NCBI GenBank assembly: GCA_963712745.1
Contig: CAVQJC010000020.1
Location: forward strand, 224,001 to 288,000
Source of the DNA: an uncultured Chloroflexia bacterium
GTDB taxonomy: Bacteria; Chloroflexota; Limnocylindria; Limnocylindrales; CSP1-4
Direction: 5' to 3'
Length of the DNA stretch: 64,000 nucleotides
Part shown: positions 38,859 to 48,525 of the stretch, in pieces
Numbering within the stretch: position 1 is the first letter of the stretch
Layout: the number at the start of each line of letters is the position of its first letter
Notes under the pieces: generated by a model
Database searches by the model: none
Told to the model about the DNA's origin: nothing
The model's input: the letters and a program-made list of their open reading frames with translations, nothing else
Position numbers and translations under genes: made by a program

Positions 38859-39949
38859 GTGACGCGGTACCGCGCGATGGCGGCTTCATCGAGCTCGACT
38901 CCCAGCCCTGGTCCGGCCGGCACGGCCATGTGGCCATCGGTGATCACCAGCGGCTCGGCGAGCAACTCGGATTCGAGCAGCGCACCGGTGGCCAGTCCGT
39001 GCGCCTGGGCCCCGGGGGCGGTGGCAGCCAGATGCAGTGCCCCGGCCAGGCCGACCCCGGTCTCGAACAGTGTCGACACGATCACGGGCACGGCGGCTGC
39101 GGTCGCGAGTTCCACGATGGCGCCGGCCTGACGCAACCCGCCCACGCGCGCTGGCTTGACCACCAACGCATCCACGGCGCCGGTATCGAGGAGCACACGG
39201 GCCGAGCCCAGGTCGCGCACGGCCTCGTCGGCCGCGATGGGCACCGACCCGGTCCAGCGCAGTCGCGCGAGCGCCTCCGCGCCGGCACTCGGCGGGATCG
39301 GCTGCTCCGCGTACTCGATGTCGAACGGGGCCACGCTGGCGAGCACATCGGCAGCCATCTCCGAGGCCAGGCTGCCGTTGAAGTCGAGCCGCAGGGCCGC
39401 CTCCGGCCCGATGGCCTCCCGCACCGCCGCCACGCGCTCGACGAGCGCCCCGTCGGGCTCGTCGCCGGCCTTGAGCTTGAAACAGCCGAAGCCCCCGGCA
39501 GCCAGCGCGGCAGCCAGCGCAGCGGCCTCGGCGGGTGGGACGATGCCGAGCATGGCATTCACGGCCACGACGGAGGCCGGCCCGGGCGAGAGGTGGGCGG
39601 CGAGCGTGCGGTGGTTGGCGCGCGCGAGCAGATCGACCAACGCCGACTCGACCGCGGACCGAGCAGCTCGCCCCACGAAGGGCCAGGCGTCGACCTCGCG
39701 TAGCGTGCGCTCGACCGAGACCGGGTCGCCGAGGTCGAGGCCCTCCAGGACGGCCACCAGTCGCGGTGAGACGTCCTCGCCCAGGTCGTTCGGTCTCGGT
39801 GCGGGGAACTCGCCGAGGCCCTCGCGGCCGTCGTCGGTCCGCAGCACGATGATGCCTGCGCGATGCTGATCCCAACGCTGGGCTCCACTGATGACAGCCT
39901 CGCGGAAGGGCACGTCTACGATCTCCACGCGCGCTCGTTCGAGGCGCAT
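38855..39949 (-). CDS. menC: o-succinylbenzoate synthase (enolase superfamily)
   Basis: KLK, RLDFNG, EQP, ADE, VVKP, HGLATG; operon context. Confidence 0.9.
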   Translation of the reverse strand: MRLERARVEIVDVPFREAVISGAQRWDQHRAGIIVLRTDDGREGLGEFPAPRPNDLGEDVSPRLVAVLEGLDLGDPVSVERTLREVDAWPFVGRAARSAVESALVDLLARANHRTLAAHLSPGPASVVAVNAMLGIVPPAEAAALAAALAAGGFGCFKLKAGDEPDGALVERVAAVREAIGPEAALRLDFNGSLASEMAADVLASVAPFDIEYAEQPIPPSAGAEALARLRWTGSVPIAADEAVRDLGSARVLLDTGAVDALVVKPARVGGLRQAGAIVELATAAAVPVIVSTLFETGVGLAGALHLAATAPGAQAHGLATGALLESELLAEPLVITDGHMAVPAGPGLGVELDEAAIARYRVT

Positions 39950-40872
39950 CAGGCGAGCCCCGGGAGGGCCAGGCCGGAGGCGAGCAGGACGCTGAAGGCG
40001 AGTGACAGTCGGGCCGTGCCCTTGAGCACGGCGTTGAGGCGTCGCGGGTCACCGCCGGCATGCACCACGCGCAGGAGTGGCACCGCCAGGGGTGCGCTGA
40101 TCAACGGCAGCAGCACCGCGCTCGAGGTCGCGCCCACGACCGCGAGAGCGGGCGGGATGACGAAGGCCAGGCCCAGCAGCAGGTCGTACTCGACCACGGC
40201 CGCGCGGGCGCCGAACATCACCGCCAGCGTCCGCTTGCCGGCTCGTCGATCACCATCGATGTCGCGCAGGTTGTTGACCACCAGGATGGCCGTGATGAGC
40301 GCCCCCACCGGGACCGCCACGGCCAGCGCCAGCGGCTCCAGGGCGAGCGTCTGCAGATACGTCGTGCCGGTTACCGCCACGAGGCCGAAGAAGACGAAGA
40401 CGAAGACCTCGCCCAGGCCGTGATAGCCGTAGGGCCACGGCCCACCGGTGTAGGCGAAGGCGCTGATGACCGCCGCGATGCCCAGCACCAGGATGACCGG
40501 TCCGCCGAGCCAGACGAGATAGAGCCCCACCAGCCCTGCCAGGGCGACGATGACCCCGAGCCCGGCGAGCATCTCGCGCTCCGAGAGCAATCCCAGGGCC
40601 GCCGCCCGCGGTGGTCCCAGCCGCTGCTCGTCATCCGCACCGGACCGGAAGTCCGAGAGGTCGTTGGCCACGTTGGAGGCGATCTGCAGCAGCAGCGCCA
40701 CGGCCAGGCAGGCCAGCGCCGCGGGCAGCTCGAAGAAGCCGAGCCCGATAGCCACGCCCAGTCCGACCAGCACCGGGCCCACCGCGGCCGGCAACGTGGC
40801 CGGGCGGATGGCCACGAACCAGGCTCGCGCGCGCGAAGGCCGCGAGGCCGAGCCCGTCGCCCGTCCGCTCAT
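39949..40872 (-). CDS. menA: 1,4-dihydroxy-2-naphthoate prenyltransferase
   Basis: RPATLP, NVANDLSD...GAD, YTGGPWPYGY, NNLRDIDGD...GKRTLAV. Confidence 0.95.
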   Translation of the reverse strand: MSGRATGSASRPSRARAWFVAIRPATLPAAVGPVLVGLGVAIGLGFFELPAALACLAVALLLQIASNVANDLSDFRSGADDEQRLGPPRAAALGLLSEREMLAGLGVIVALAGLVGLYLVWLGGPVILVLGIAAVISAFAYTGGPWPYGYHGLGEVFVFVFFGLVAVTGTTYLQTLALEPLALAVAVPVGALITAILVVNNLRDIDGDRRAGKRTLAVMFGARAAVVEYDLLLGLAFVIPPALAVVGATSSAVLLPLISAPLAVPLLRVVHAGGDPRRLNAVLKGTARLSLAFSVLLASGLALPGLA

Positions 40873-40896
40873 ATCATCGGTCCTTGGTCGTGCTGC

Positions 40897-41718
40897 TCAG
40901 GGCCGGCGAGGGAACTTCGAGAAGTCGGGCTTGCGCTTCTCGAGGAAGGCCTTGCTGCCCTCGTGCGCTTCCTCGGTGAGGTAGAAGAGCATGGTGGCGT
41001 CGCCGGCCAGTTCCTGGATGCCGGCCAGGCCATCGACGTCGGCGTTGAACGAGCGCTTCAACATGCGGATGGCAGTGGGGCTCTTCTCCAGGATCTCCTC
41101 GGCCCAACGCACACCTTCAGCCTCCAGGCGCGCCAGGGGCACGACGGTGTTGACCAGGCCCATCTCGAGCGCCTCCTGGGCGCTGTACTGGCGGCACAGG
41201 TACCACATCTCACGGGCCCTCTTGTGGCCCACGATCCGCGCCAGCATGGTGGCGCCGTAGCCGCCGTCGAAGCTGCCGACCTTGGGCCCGGTCTGGCCGA
41301 AGACCGCGTTCTCCGAGGCGATGCTGAGATCGCAGATGACGTGCAGTACGTGGCCGCCCCCGATGGCATAACCGTTGACCAGGGCGATGACGGCGATGGG
41401 CAGCGAGCGGATGAGCCGTTGCAGGTCGAGCACATTGAGGCGGGCGGTGCCATCGGCGGCGATGTAGCCACCCTCGCCCTTGACCGTCATGTCGCCGCCG
41501 GAACAGAAGGCCAGGTCGCCGGCGCCGGTGAAGAGCACGACGCCGATGGCGCTGTCGTCGCGCACCCGGCGAAAGGCGTCGATGAGCTCGCTCACGGTCT
41601 CCGGCCGGAACGCGTTACGAACGTGCTGGCGGTCGATGGTGATCTTGGCGATACCCGTGCCCGAGTGCTCGTAGCGGATGTCCTCGTACTCGTGGGCAGT
41701 CGTCCAGTCGGTCGGCAT
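40897..41718 (-). CDS. menB: 1,4-dihydroxy-2-naphthoyl-CoA synthase
   Basis: [40 protein letters not shown]. Confidence 0.97.
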   Translation of the reverse strand: MPTDWTTAHEYEDIRYEHSGTGIAKITIDRQHVRNAFRPETVSELIDAFRRVRDDSAIGVVLFTGAGDLAFCSGGDMTVKGEGGYIAADGTARLNVLDLQRLIRSLPIAVIALVNGYAIGGGHVLHVICDLSIASENAVFGQTGPKVGSFDGGYGATMLARIVGHKRAREMWYLCRQYSAQEALEMGLVNTVVPLARLEAEGVRWAEEILEKSPTAIRMLKRSFNADVDGLAGIQELAGDATMLFYLTEEAHEGSKAFLEKRKPDFSKFPRRP

Positions 41719-41730
41719 GGGCTGGTCCTC

Positions 41731-42528
41731 CTAGTTGATCGCACTGAGCGAAAGATGGTCGAGAACGATGCACTCGAAGGCCTCGGGGGCCTCCAGGTGC
41801 GGCGTGTGGCCGGCACCGGGGATGACCTGGAGGCGTCCGCCGGGGATACCATCGGCAACGAGCCGCGCGCGCTCCAGGCCCACGAGGTCGAGGGCCCCAG
41901 CCAGCACGAGCGTCGGCGCCTGCACGCCCACCAGCCGCTGATGGAGCGGCTCCATCGCGCCCTGGCCGGCGCCCCGCAGCGAGGCCGCCAGTCCGCTCGG
42001 GTCGTGGCGCAGCCGTTCCCGGCGCAGCCTGGCTCGCTCGGCCTCCGGCAGCGCCGCCTGGGTGGCCAGGACCGGCAGCGTCTCCCAGTAGTCGACGAAG
42101 GCCTCGGTGCCCTCCGTCTCGATGTCGTCGGCCAGCCGCTCGTCCGCTGCCTTTCGCTCGGTCCGCGCGGCGGCCTCGGCCAGGCCGGCCGACGGGCTCT
42201 CAAGGATCAGCCGCTCGACGAGCACCGGATGAGACAGCGCCAGCACGAGCGCGAGCCGAGCCCCCATCGAGTAGCCCAGCACAGCGGCGGGCGTGGCTCC
42301 CAGCAGGACGAGCAGGTCCGCCAGGTCATCGGCCTGTCGCCCGAGGGCGTAGCGGGCGGGGTCGGCGGGGGCCTCGGAGCCGCCGTGGCCGAGCAGGTCC
42401 GGGGCGATGACGCGGTGCGAGCCCTTCCACGACTCGATCTGCCGGGACCAGGTCAGCGCGGTACCGGTGAAACCGTGGAGCAGGAGCAGCGGCGTCCCAG
42501 CGCCCGCCGTCAGGACGTTGAGGCTCAT
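41731..42528 (-). CDS. menH: SHCHC synthase
   Basis: HGFTG, GYSMGAR, LESPSAG, R...D..LA, GHTPH; sits between menD and menB. Confidence 0.92.
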   Translation of the reverse strand: MSLNVLTAGAGTPLLLLHGFTGTALTWSRQIESWKGSHRVIAPDLLGHGGSEAPADPARYALGRQADDLADLLVLLGATPAAVLGYSMGARLALVLALSHPVLVERLILESPSAGLAEAAARTERKAADERLADDIETEGTEAFVDYWETLPVLATQAALPEAERARLRRERLRHDPSGLAASLRGAGQGAMEPLHQRLVGVQAPTLVLAGALDLVGLERARLVADGIPGGRLQVIPGAGHTPHLEAPEAFECIVLDHLSLSAIN

Positions 42529-44330
42529 GGCTGCGACTCGATAGCCTGGGCCACGGCCTGTGTCGCGGCGCGATGCAACTCGACGTTGCGGGTGCGCTCG
42601 GTGCGCAGCTCGAGCACATCCACGCCCGGGCATCTGACCGCCGCCGCCAGCGATGGCGCCAGCGACCCGGGCTCGACGAGCCGGTGCGTCGCGCCGAGGG
42701 CGGAGACGACAGGACCCAGATCGAGTCCGTGGGGCGTTCCGAAGAGCTCTTCGAAGTGCGCCGGCAGGCCCAGTTCGGGTCGGTCCGCCGAACCCTGGGG
42801 CAGGAACGAGAAGATGCCGCCGCCATCGTTGTTGACCAGCACGATCGAGGCCGTCAGCCCGAGTCGCCTGGCTCCGGCCAGGGCTCCCAGATCGTGGAGC
42901 AAGCTGAGATCGCCGACCACGGCCACGACCGGCCGCTCCTGGACGGCCGAGGCCCCGAACGCGGTCGACAGAAGGCCGTCGATGCCGTTGGCGCCGCGGT
43001 TGCCCAGGGGGCGCAGGGTACGGGCCGAGGCGGGCAGGAAGGCGTCCAGGTCGCGCACGGGCATGCTGTTGCCGGCGATGACGACGGTCTCATCGGGCAG
43101 CGCATCGCCGAGCGCGCGCGCCACCTCTCCCTCGAACGGCTCAGACAGCCCGGAGAACCAGGCCGCCAGCGCCTGAGCGGCGGCGGCGTCGGCCGCCAAC
43201 CAGGCCCGCAGCCAGCCCGGGTCGGCCGAGGAGTGGCCCAGGACCGCGACGGCAGCCGACCGCGCCAGGCGCACCGGATCGGCCTCGATGCGCACGACCG
43301 TAGGGCCGCCGGGCACGTTGAACCCCCCACCCTGGTCAACCAGCAGCTGAGGCACGCCGAGCCCGTCGAGGAGCCCGTCGAGCACCTTCGACGTGGGCCT
43401 CGCACCAAAGCGGACGACGAGGTCCGGCAGATGCTCCTCGCGGAAGGCGGTCGAGCGCAACAGCGCGTCGTAGTGGGCGACCACGACACGGCGGTCGTGA
43501 GCACCGGTGCGGACACCGGACAGCACATCGGCCAGCAGCGGAACGCCCGCAGCGATAGCGAACTGCGCGACCGCAGCGGCGAAGCCGGGGGCATCGAGCG
43601 GGCCACAGACCACCAGCGGGCGGGCCGAAGCCTGGAACGCACGCACGAGACGCGCGAGACCCTCGGGCGTCGTTCGCGGTTCGAGATCGTCAGCTGGGTC
43701 GGGCGCCGTTTCGGCGGGCGGGTCGGGCGCGGCCGGATCGGGGCCGGCGCCCTCGGGCGTCAGCGCGCCCTCGGGCATGAGCGCCCCGGCCGGCAGCAGC
43801 GGCTCGCGGAAGGGCAGGTTCAGGTGCACCGGGCCAGCCGGGACGGACGTGGCCACGCTGACGGCCCGGCCCACCACGCTGCGTGCCTCGGCCTCGGCTT
43901 CGGCCGAGTCGTCGGGAACCGGCAAGGCTGCGTACCACTTGGCATGGCGGCCGTAGAGATCGACCTGGTCGATCGTCTGTGGGGCCCCCACTCCCTGGAG
44001 CTCGGGCGGCCTATCGGCCGTGAGCGCGAGCAAGGGCACGCGTCCATAGCGGGCCTCGACCACCGCGGGTGCGAAGTTGACCGCGGCCGTGCCGGACGTG
44101 GCCAGCACCGCCACTGGCCGGCGGGAGGCCTTGGCCGCGCCGAGTGCGAAGAAGGCCCCCGCACGCTCGTCGAGCTGGACCCACGTGCGCAGCTCGGGCG
44201 TCGCTCTCAGGGCCAGCGCCAGGGGGGTCGAGCGTGAGCCGGGGCAGATGACGACATCGCGCACACCGCCACGCACCAGCTCCTCGACGATGGCCCGGAG
44301 CGGGCCAGCCGGCATGATCGGCGCCGTCAC
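42525..44330 (-). CDS. menD: SEPHCHC synthase (ThDP-dependent)
   Basis: CPGSRSTPL, DERAGAF, TSGTA, ADRPPE, NSMPVRD, NRGANGIDG, GDLSLLHD, NNDGGGIF. Confidence 0.96.
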   Translation of the reverse strand: MTAPIMPAGPLRAIVEELVRGGVRDVVICPGSRSTPLALALRATPELRTWVQLDERAGAFFALGAAKASRRPVAVLATSGTAAVNFAPAVVEARYGRVPLLALTADRPPELQGVGAPQTIDQVDLYGRHAKWYAALPVPDDSAEAEAEARSVVGRAVSVATSVPAGPVHLNLPFREPLLPAGALMPEGALTPEGAGPDPAAPDPPAETAPDPADDLEPRTTPEGLARLVRAFQASARPLVVCGPLDAPGFAAAVAQFAIAAGVPLLADVLSGVRTGAHDRRVVVAHYDALLRSTAFREEHLPDLVVRFGARPTSKVLDGLLDGLGVPQLLVDQGGGFNVPGGPTVVRIEADPVRLARSAAVAVLGHSSADPGWLRAWLAADAAAAQALAAWFSGLSEPFEGEVARALGDALPDETVVIAGNSMPVRDLDAFLPASARTLRPLGNRGANGIDGLLSTAFGASAVQERPVVAVVGDLSLLHDLGALAGARRLGLTASIVLVNNDGGGIFSFLPQGSADRPELGLPAHFEELFGTPHGLDLGPVVSALGATHRLVEPGSLAPSLAAAVRCPGVDVLELRTERTRNVELHRAATQAVAQAIESQP

Positions 44331-45739
44331 GCTTCGATCCGTCCCAGCGCCGAACCGAGCGCCAGCAGCTTGGCTGCCGATTCGTCCCATTCGCGTCCGG
44401 GGTCGGAATCGGCCACGATGCCGCAGCCGGCAAAGAGCACGGCCTCACTGCCCCTGATGACGCCCGAGCGCAGCGCCACCACGAACTCACCATCCCCGTG
44501 GCGGTCGACCCAGCCCAGCGGCCCGGCATACCAGCCGCGCTCGTGTGGCTCTTCCTCGGCGATGAGCTCGAGAGCCAGGTCACGAGGCGTGCCCCCGACC
44601 GCGGGCGTGGGATGGAGCCGCTCCACCAGCGTAAGCACGTCAGCGTCGGCGCGGAGGCGGCCGGTCACCGGCGTGAGCAGATGCTGCACGTGCCGCAGGC
44701 GCACCACCCTCGGCGTGGGCGGGATCGACAGCTCCTCGGTGACCGGACCCAGTGCCTCGCGCAACATGGCCACCACGACCGCGTGCTCCTCGCGCTCCTT
44801 GTCGCTGGCGAGCAGGTTGGCAGCCAGCGTGTCATCGGCCTCGGCCTCGGCAGATCGGCGCGCAGAACCGGCCATGGCCATGGTGCGGAGCTCGCGGCCG
44901 CGCAGGCGCACGAGGCGCTCGGGTGTGGCACCCACGAACGTGCGCGAGCCCCGCGACACCGCGAACACCGTCGATTCGGGAGCTGATGCCTCCAGGCGCC
45001 GGATGACGTCCGAGAGCCCGATATCCGATGCAGCCGTGAGCGACACCTGGCGGGAGAGCACAGCCTTGTCCAGCCGCCCACGGCCGACGGCACCCGCCAG
45101 GCGGGCGACCGAGTCACGCCAGGTGGGCTCCTCGGGCGTGCGGGCCGTGACACGCAACGACTGGCGCGCAGGGCCCGCCGGGCGGAGGGGCACCGAAGCC
45201 AGCTGGGCCCACGTCTCGTGGAGCGAAAGCGCCATCGTGCCGGGCGAGACGCCGCCTGGTTCGGCCACCATCGAGGCCGTCAGCCACGAACCTTCCGGCG
45301 TGGTAGCCAGCAGCAGTCCCGGCAGCACCATGCAGGCGGGCTCAAAGCCCTCCCACACGGGCGATGCGGCCGGCTCATCACTGAAACTGAAGCCGCCCAG
45401 CAAGAGCGGGCCGGCTGGAGACGGTGCGCCGCCGGTGTCGATGACCGCCCCGTCGAGCAGCGTGCGCCAGGCCAGCGAGACGATGGCGAAGCGGGCGCCG
45501 TGGCTCTGGCGCGCGGCCCAGGCCTCGCCGATGCCCACCAGCGAGATGCCCTGGCTGGGCTGGAGCCAGAGCGAGGCCCCGAGCGGGAGCGCCACGCCGT
45601 GCAGTGCGACCGGGTCCACGCCCCCCACCGGCAAGGTGACCGAGACGAGGGTCGGTGCCTCGCGACCGGCGACACGGGCGATGAGTGGCGCGAGGGCCCG
45701 GCGCAGGTCAGGTCCGGCGGCCCGTTCCGCGATGGTCAT
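44327..45739 (-). CDS. menF: isochorismate synthase
   Basis: KAVLSR, GATPERL, KEREEH, VQHL, LHPTPAVGG, RGWYAG, ALRS, AGCGIV. Confidence 0.95.
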   Translation of the reverse strand: MTIAERAAGPDLRRALAPLIARVAGREAPTLVSVTLPVGGVDPVALHGVALPLGASLWLQPSQGISLVGIGEAWAARQSHGARFAIVSLAWRTLLDGAVIDTGGAPSPAGPLLLGGFSFSDEPAASPVWEGFEPACMVLPGLLLATTPEGSWLTASMVAEPGGVSPGTMALSLHETWAQLASVPLRPAGPARQSLRVTARTPEEPTWRDSVARLAGAVGRGRLDKAVLSRQVSLTAASDIGLSDVIRRLEASAPESTVFAVSRGSRTFVGATPERLVRLRGRELRTMAMAGSARRSAEAEADDTLAANLLASDKEREEHAVVVAMLREALGPVTEELSIPPTPRVVRLRHVQHLLTPVTGRLRADADVLTLVERLHPTPAVGGTPRDLALELIAEEEPHERGWYAGPLGWVDRHGDGEFVVALRSGVIRGSEAVLFAGCGIVADSDPGREWDESAAKLLALGSALGRIEA

Positions 45740-46353
45740 GGCGGCGGGAGCTGCGCGATCCGCAGCTCGGGGATGCCGACACTGCGCAGGAGCAGGGCGC
45801 GGAGCGTGGGGTAGGCATCCTCGAGCCGGCCGGGCTGCTCGGCCATCAGCCAGCGCGTGACGACCTCGTTCAGCGCGCCGAACCAGACCATGCCGGCGAC
45901 GCGCGTATCGATGGGCTCGATGATGCCGCTCCCGACGGCCGTGTCGAGCTGCTCGGCGACGATGCCGGCGAAACGCTCGTGCAGCCGCTGCAGCTCGACC
46001 CCGAACTCGGCCCCGGCGCCGACCGCGTCGATGAGGAAGAGGCGCGCCATCGTGCGGTGTCCCGCGAATACATGCAGCACCGTGCGCAGGGCCACATCGG
46101 CTCGCTCGATGGGGTCGTCGTAGGGCACCATCGAACGCTCGACCTTGCCCACCAGCCGGTCGGCCGTGGTGCGCAACAGCTCGAGGAAGAGCGACTCCTT
46201 GGTCGGGAAGTGGAAGTAGACGCCGCCCTTGCTCGTCTCCGCCTGGCGTCCGACTTCGTCCACGCCAGCCCCCCGGTAGCCGCGCTGGCTGAAGACCGCG
46301 AAGGCGGCATCGAGGATGCGCTCACGCCGCCTGGCGCTCCGTTCCTGCTTCAT
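45736..46353 (-). CDS. TetR/AcrR family regulator heading the men operon
   Basis: ILDAA..VF...GY....VDEV......SKGGVYFHFPTKE; GAGGAG RBS; stop overlaps the menF ATG. Confidence 0.93.
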   Translation of the reverse strand: MKQERSARRRERILDAAFAVFSQRGYRGAGVDEVGRQAETSKGGVYFHFPTKESLFLELLRTTADRLVGKVERSMVPYDDPIERADVALRTVLHVFAGHRTMARLFLIDAVGAGAEFGVELQRLHERFAGIVAEQLDTAVGSGIIEPIDTRVAGMVWFGALNEVVTRWLMAEQPGRLEDAYPTLRALLLRSVGIPELRIAQLPPP

Positions 46354-46373
46354 CCCGGCAGTTCTCCTCACTT

Positions 46374-46389
46374 CCGACTCACTGGTCGG
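46374..46389. promoter_or_regulatory. candidate TetR operator
   Basis: CCGAC-tcactg-GTCGG inverted repeat just downstream of a minus-strand TAGGCT -10 box (46405-46410). Confidence 0.5.
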
Positions 46390-46461
46390 TTTGGTGCGTC
46401 GCTGAGCCTAGCAGGCCCGGGTGAGGCTCGCGTCCGAGGCCCCGGCCGGTCCGCCCACATT

Positions 46462-46479
46462 TCCTATCAAGATATGGGA
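46462..46479. promoter_or_regulatory. candidate Rrf2 operator
   Basis: AT-rich imperfect palindrome TCCTAT-caagat-ATGGGA directly upstream of the rrf2 start. Confidence 0.4.
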
Positions 46480-46492
46480 CAATGGCTCCAGG

Positions 46493-47017
46493 ATGAGGGT
46501 ATCCGCCAAAGCCGACTATGCCGCCCGGGCCGCTGCCGAGCTGTCCACCGCCACCGAGAAGCCCATCAAGGCCGACCGCATCGCCGTGGCGCAGGACATC
46601 CCGGCCAAGTTCCTCGAGACCATCCTGCTCGAGCTCAAGCACGCGGGCATCGTGCGCAGCCAGCGGGGTCCCGAAGGCGGCTACACGCTGGCGCGCCCGG
46701 CGGAAGACATCAGCCTGGCCGATGTCATCCGTGCGGTCGACGGGCCGCTGGCCAACGTTCGCGGCGACCGGCCGGAGAACATGGCCTACAGCGGCGCCGC
46801 AGAGCCCCTGACCGATGTCTGGATCGCCGTGCGGGCGGCCCTGCGCGACATCCTCGAGACGACCACGCTGGCCCACCTACGTGACGGCCAGCTGCCGCCG
46901 CGCGTGGCCGAGCTGGCGGAGGATCCGGAAGCCTGGGTCTCGCTCGGACGCATCCGCGGTGCGACGGCCACAGGCCGCAAGCGGGCTCAGCCGAAGGTCA
47001 GCAGCGCCAGGTCGTAG
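46493..47017 (+). CDS. Rrf2 family regulator without Fe-S cysteines
   Basis: MRVSAKADYA, IP.KFLE.IL..LK.AGIV.S.RG..GGY.LARP, VIRAVDGP; no Cys in the protein. Confidence 0.93.
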   Translation: MRVSAKADYAARAAAELSTATEKPIKADRIAVAQDIPAKFLETILLELKHAGIVRSQRGPEGGYTLARPAEDISLADVIRAVDGPLANVRGDRPENMAYSGAAEPLTDVWIAVRAALRDILETTTLAHLRDGQLPPRVAELAEDPEAWVSLGRIRGATATGRKRAQPKVSSARS

Positions 47018-48516
47018 ATCGCGACTTCGTTCGCGCCGTCGAGCGCGACGCGCACGGCGTCGATGGTGCGCGGCTTCTTCTCCAGGGCCACGAACCCCAG
47101 GTACGTGCCCGGACCGGGCATCTCGTAGACCGCCGAGCGCCGCCATTCTCCGGCTTCGCGCGCGGCCAGCTCGACCGTGATGGACGCTGTTGCGCCACCG
47201 CCGACGCGAAGGGCATAGACGAGCGCGTGACAGCGGAGTCCAGGACCGCCGGCGGGGATGATGAGCGCACCGGCGGCACCGTCGAAGCGCACGGTCGTCG
47301 GCTCGCCCCGTTCGGAGGCGCCGCCCTCGACCTCCAGCGCCGGCACGCCACCGGGCATGGCCCAGGTGACCTCGGCTTCCAGCCAGGCCATCTCCTGGGC
47401 CAGGTGCGCAGAGGCCAGGAAGCGACCGGGGGCGGCTTCGTAGCCGAGGTCGTCGGCGCGCACCATGGCGCCCCTGACCCCGGGCATCGGCAGCCCCCGG
47501 AACGATCGCTTCTTGCGGGCCTCGGTGAGACCGGCCGCCTCGTTCGAGGTGATGGCCGTGGCCTCCTGCCCGAACAGGTCGTTGACCGGGAAGCCCTTCA
47601 TGGCCAGCTTGCTGCCGTAGCGTGATGGGCTGCGGGCCAGCGTCCGCATCTCCTCCATCAAGGCACGGGTGCGCGGCTGCCAGCGGTCGATGACGTGGTC
47701 CACCTGCCCGGGGATCTCGAAGGGCACGTCCGGCAGCTGGAACGCGTGGGTCGAGGTCGTGGCGCGCGTGCGCTTGGCCTGGAACTCCTCCCATGACTTG
47801 GTGAAGTAGTGGTTCATCTGGAGGTTGGCGAAGGTGGGGTGCTCGATGACCGTGGCCTCTTCCGAGGTGGGCTCGCCGGCGGTATTGACGGTGCGCCCGT
47901 GGACGGTGTAGGCATTGTGGACGCCGACCCTGGCCACGCCTCGCGGGCGGATGATGGGCTTGGCCAGGACCTCGCTGGTGCCCATGCGAGGCACTTGCTC
48001 GCTGAACTCTCGGTAGACCTCGGTGACCAGGCCCTCGGCCGGCGTGCGGTGCCCGGAGTAGCAGAACTCCTTGCGCGAGACCAGCACCTGCTCGGCGTGG
48101 GGGTAGCGGGCCATGACCGCGCTGATCGGCTCGTCCCGCTCAGGCACCAGGAACTCGTCGATATCGACGTAGGCGATCCACTCGGTGGTGTCGCCGAAGA
48201 ACCGCACCACGTGGTTGTTGGCATCGCGCTGCAGGCCGCGCATGGGGAAGTAGACGGTGGTCACGATGCCGTGGTCGGCGTAGGGCTTGAGGACCTCGTG
48301 CAACTCGTCGGTGCTGCCGTTGTCGTAGAGGAAGAAGTGGTCCACGCCGATGGCCATGTGGTGACATAGCCACTCCTCCATGTTGGGCCCCTCGTTCTTG
48401 AGGATGGCCATGACCGAGACCTCGAAACGGCCACGATCCATGAGGGCGGGACGCACGCTGCGCTCGTCGTCACGACCACGCCGCAGGACCCGGCCCACGC
48501 GCTTGATGGAGCTCAT
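46987..48516 (-). CDS. GT92/GT2-like glycosyltransferase plus unknown C-terminal domain (copy 3)
   Basis: AILKNE, EWL.HH..IGVDHFFLYDNGSTD, DIDEF, NHYFTKS. Confidence 0.85.
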   Translation of the reverse strand: MSSIKRVGRVLRRGRDDERSVRPALMDRGRFEVSVMAILKNEGPNMEEWLCHHMAIGVDHFFLYDNGSTDELHEVLKPYADHGIVTTVYFPMRGLQRDANNHVVRFFGDTTEWIAYVDIDEFLVPERDEPISAVMARYPHAEQVLVSRKEFCYSGHRTPAEGLVTEVYREFSEQVPRMGTSEVLAKPIIRPRGVARVGVHNAYTVHGRTVNTAGEPTSEEATVIEHPTFANLQMNHYFTKSWEEFQAKRTRATTSTHAFQLPDVPFEIPGQVDHVIDRWQPRTRALMEEMRTLARSPSRYGSKLAMKGFPVNDLFGQEATAITSNEAAGLTEARKKRSFRGLPMPGVRGAMVRADDLGYEAAPGRFLASAHLAQEMAWLEAEVTWAMPGGVPALEVEGGASERGEPTTVRFDGAAGALIIPAGGPGLRCHALVYALRVGGGATASITVELAAREAGEWRRSAVYEMPGPGTYLGFVALEKKPRTIDAVRVALDGANEVAIYDLALLTFG

Positions 48517-48525
48517 CGGTAGTCG

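Noticed and set aside
40060-43176. 1038-aa plus-strand ORF and other long antisense ORFs (e.g. 58821..61658, 52017..53606)
   Set aside because: They are shadows of well-identified minus-strand genes, expected at high GC, and carry no recognisable motifs.
43748-43786. 18-bp tandem duplication in menD (GALMPE-GALTPE)
   Set aside because: It lies in a variable Pro/Ala-rich interdomain linker and probably has no functional meaning.
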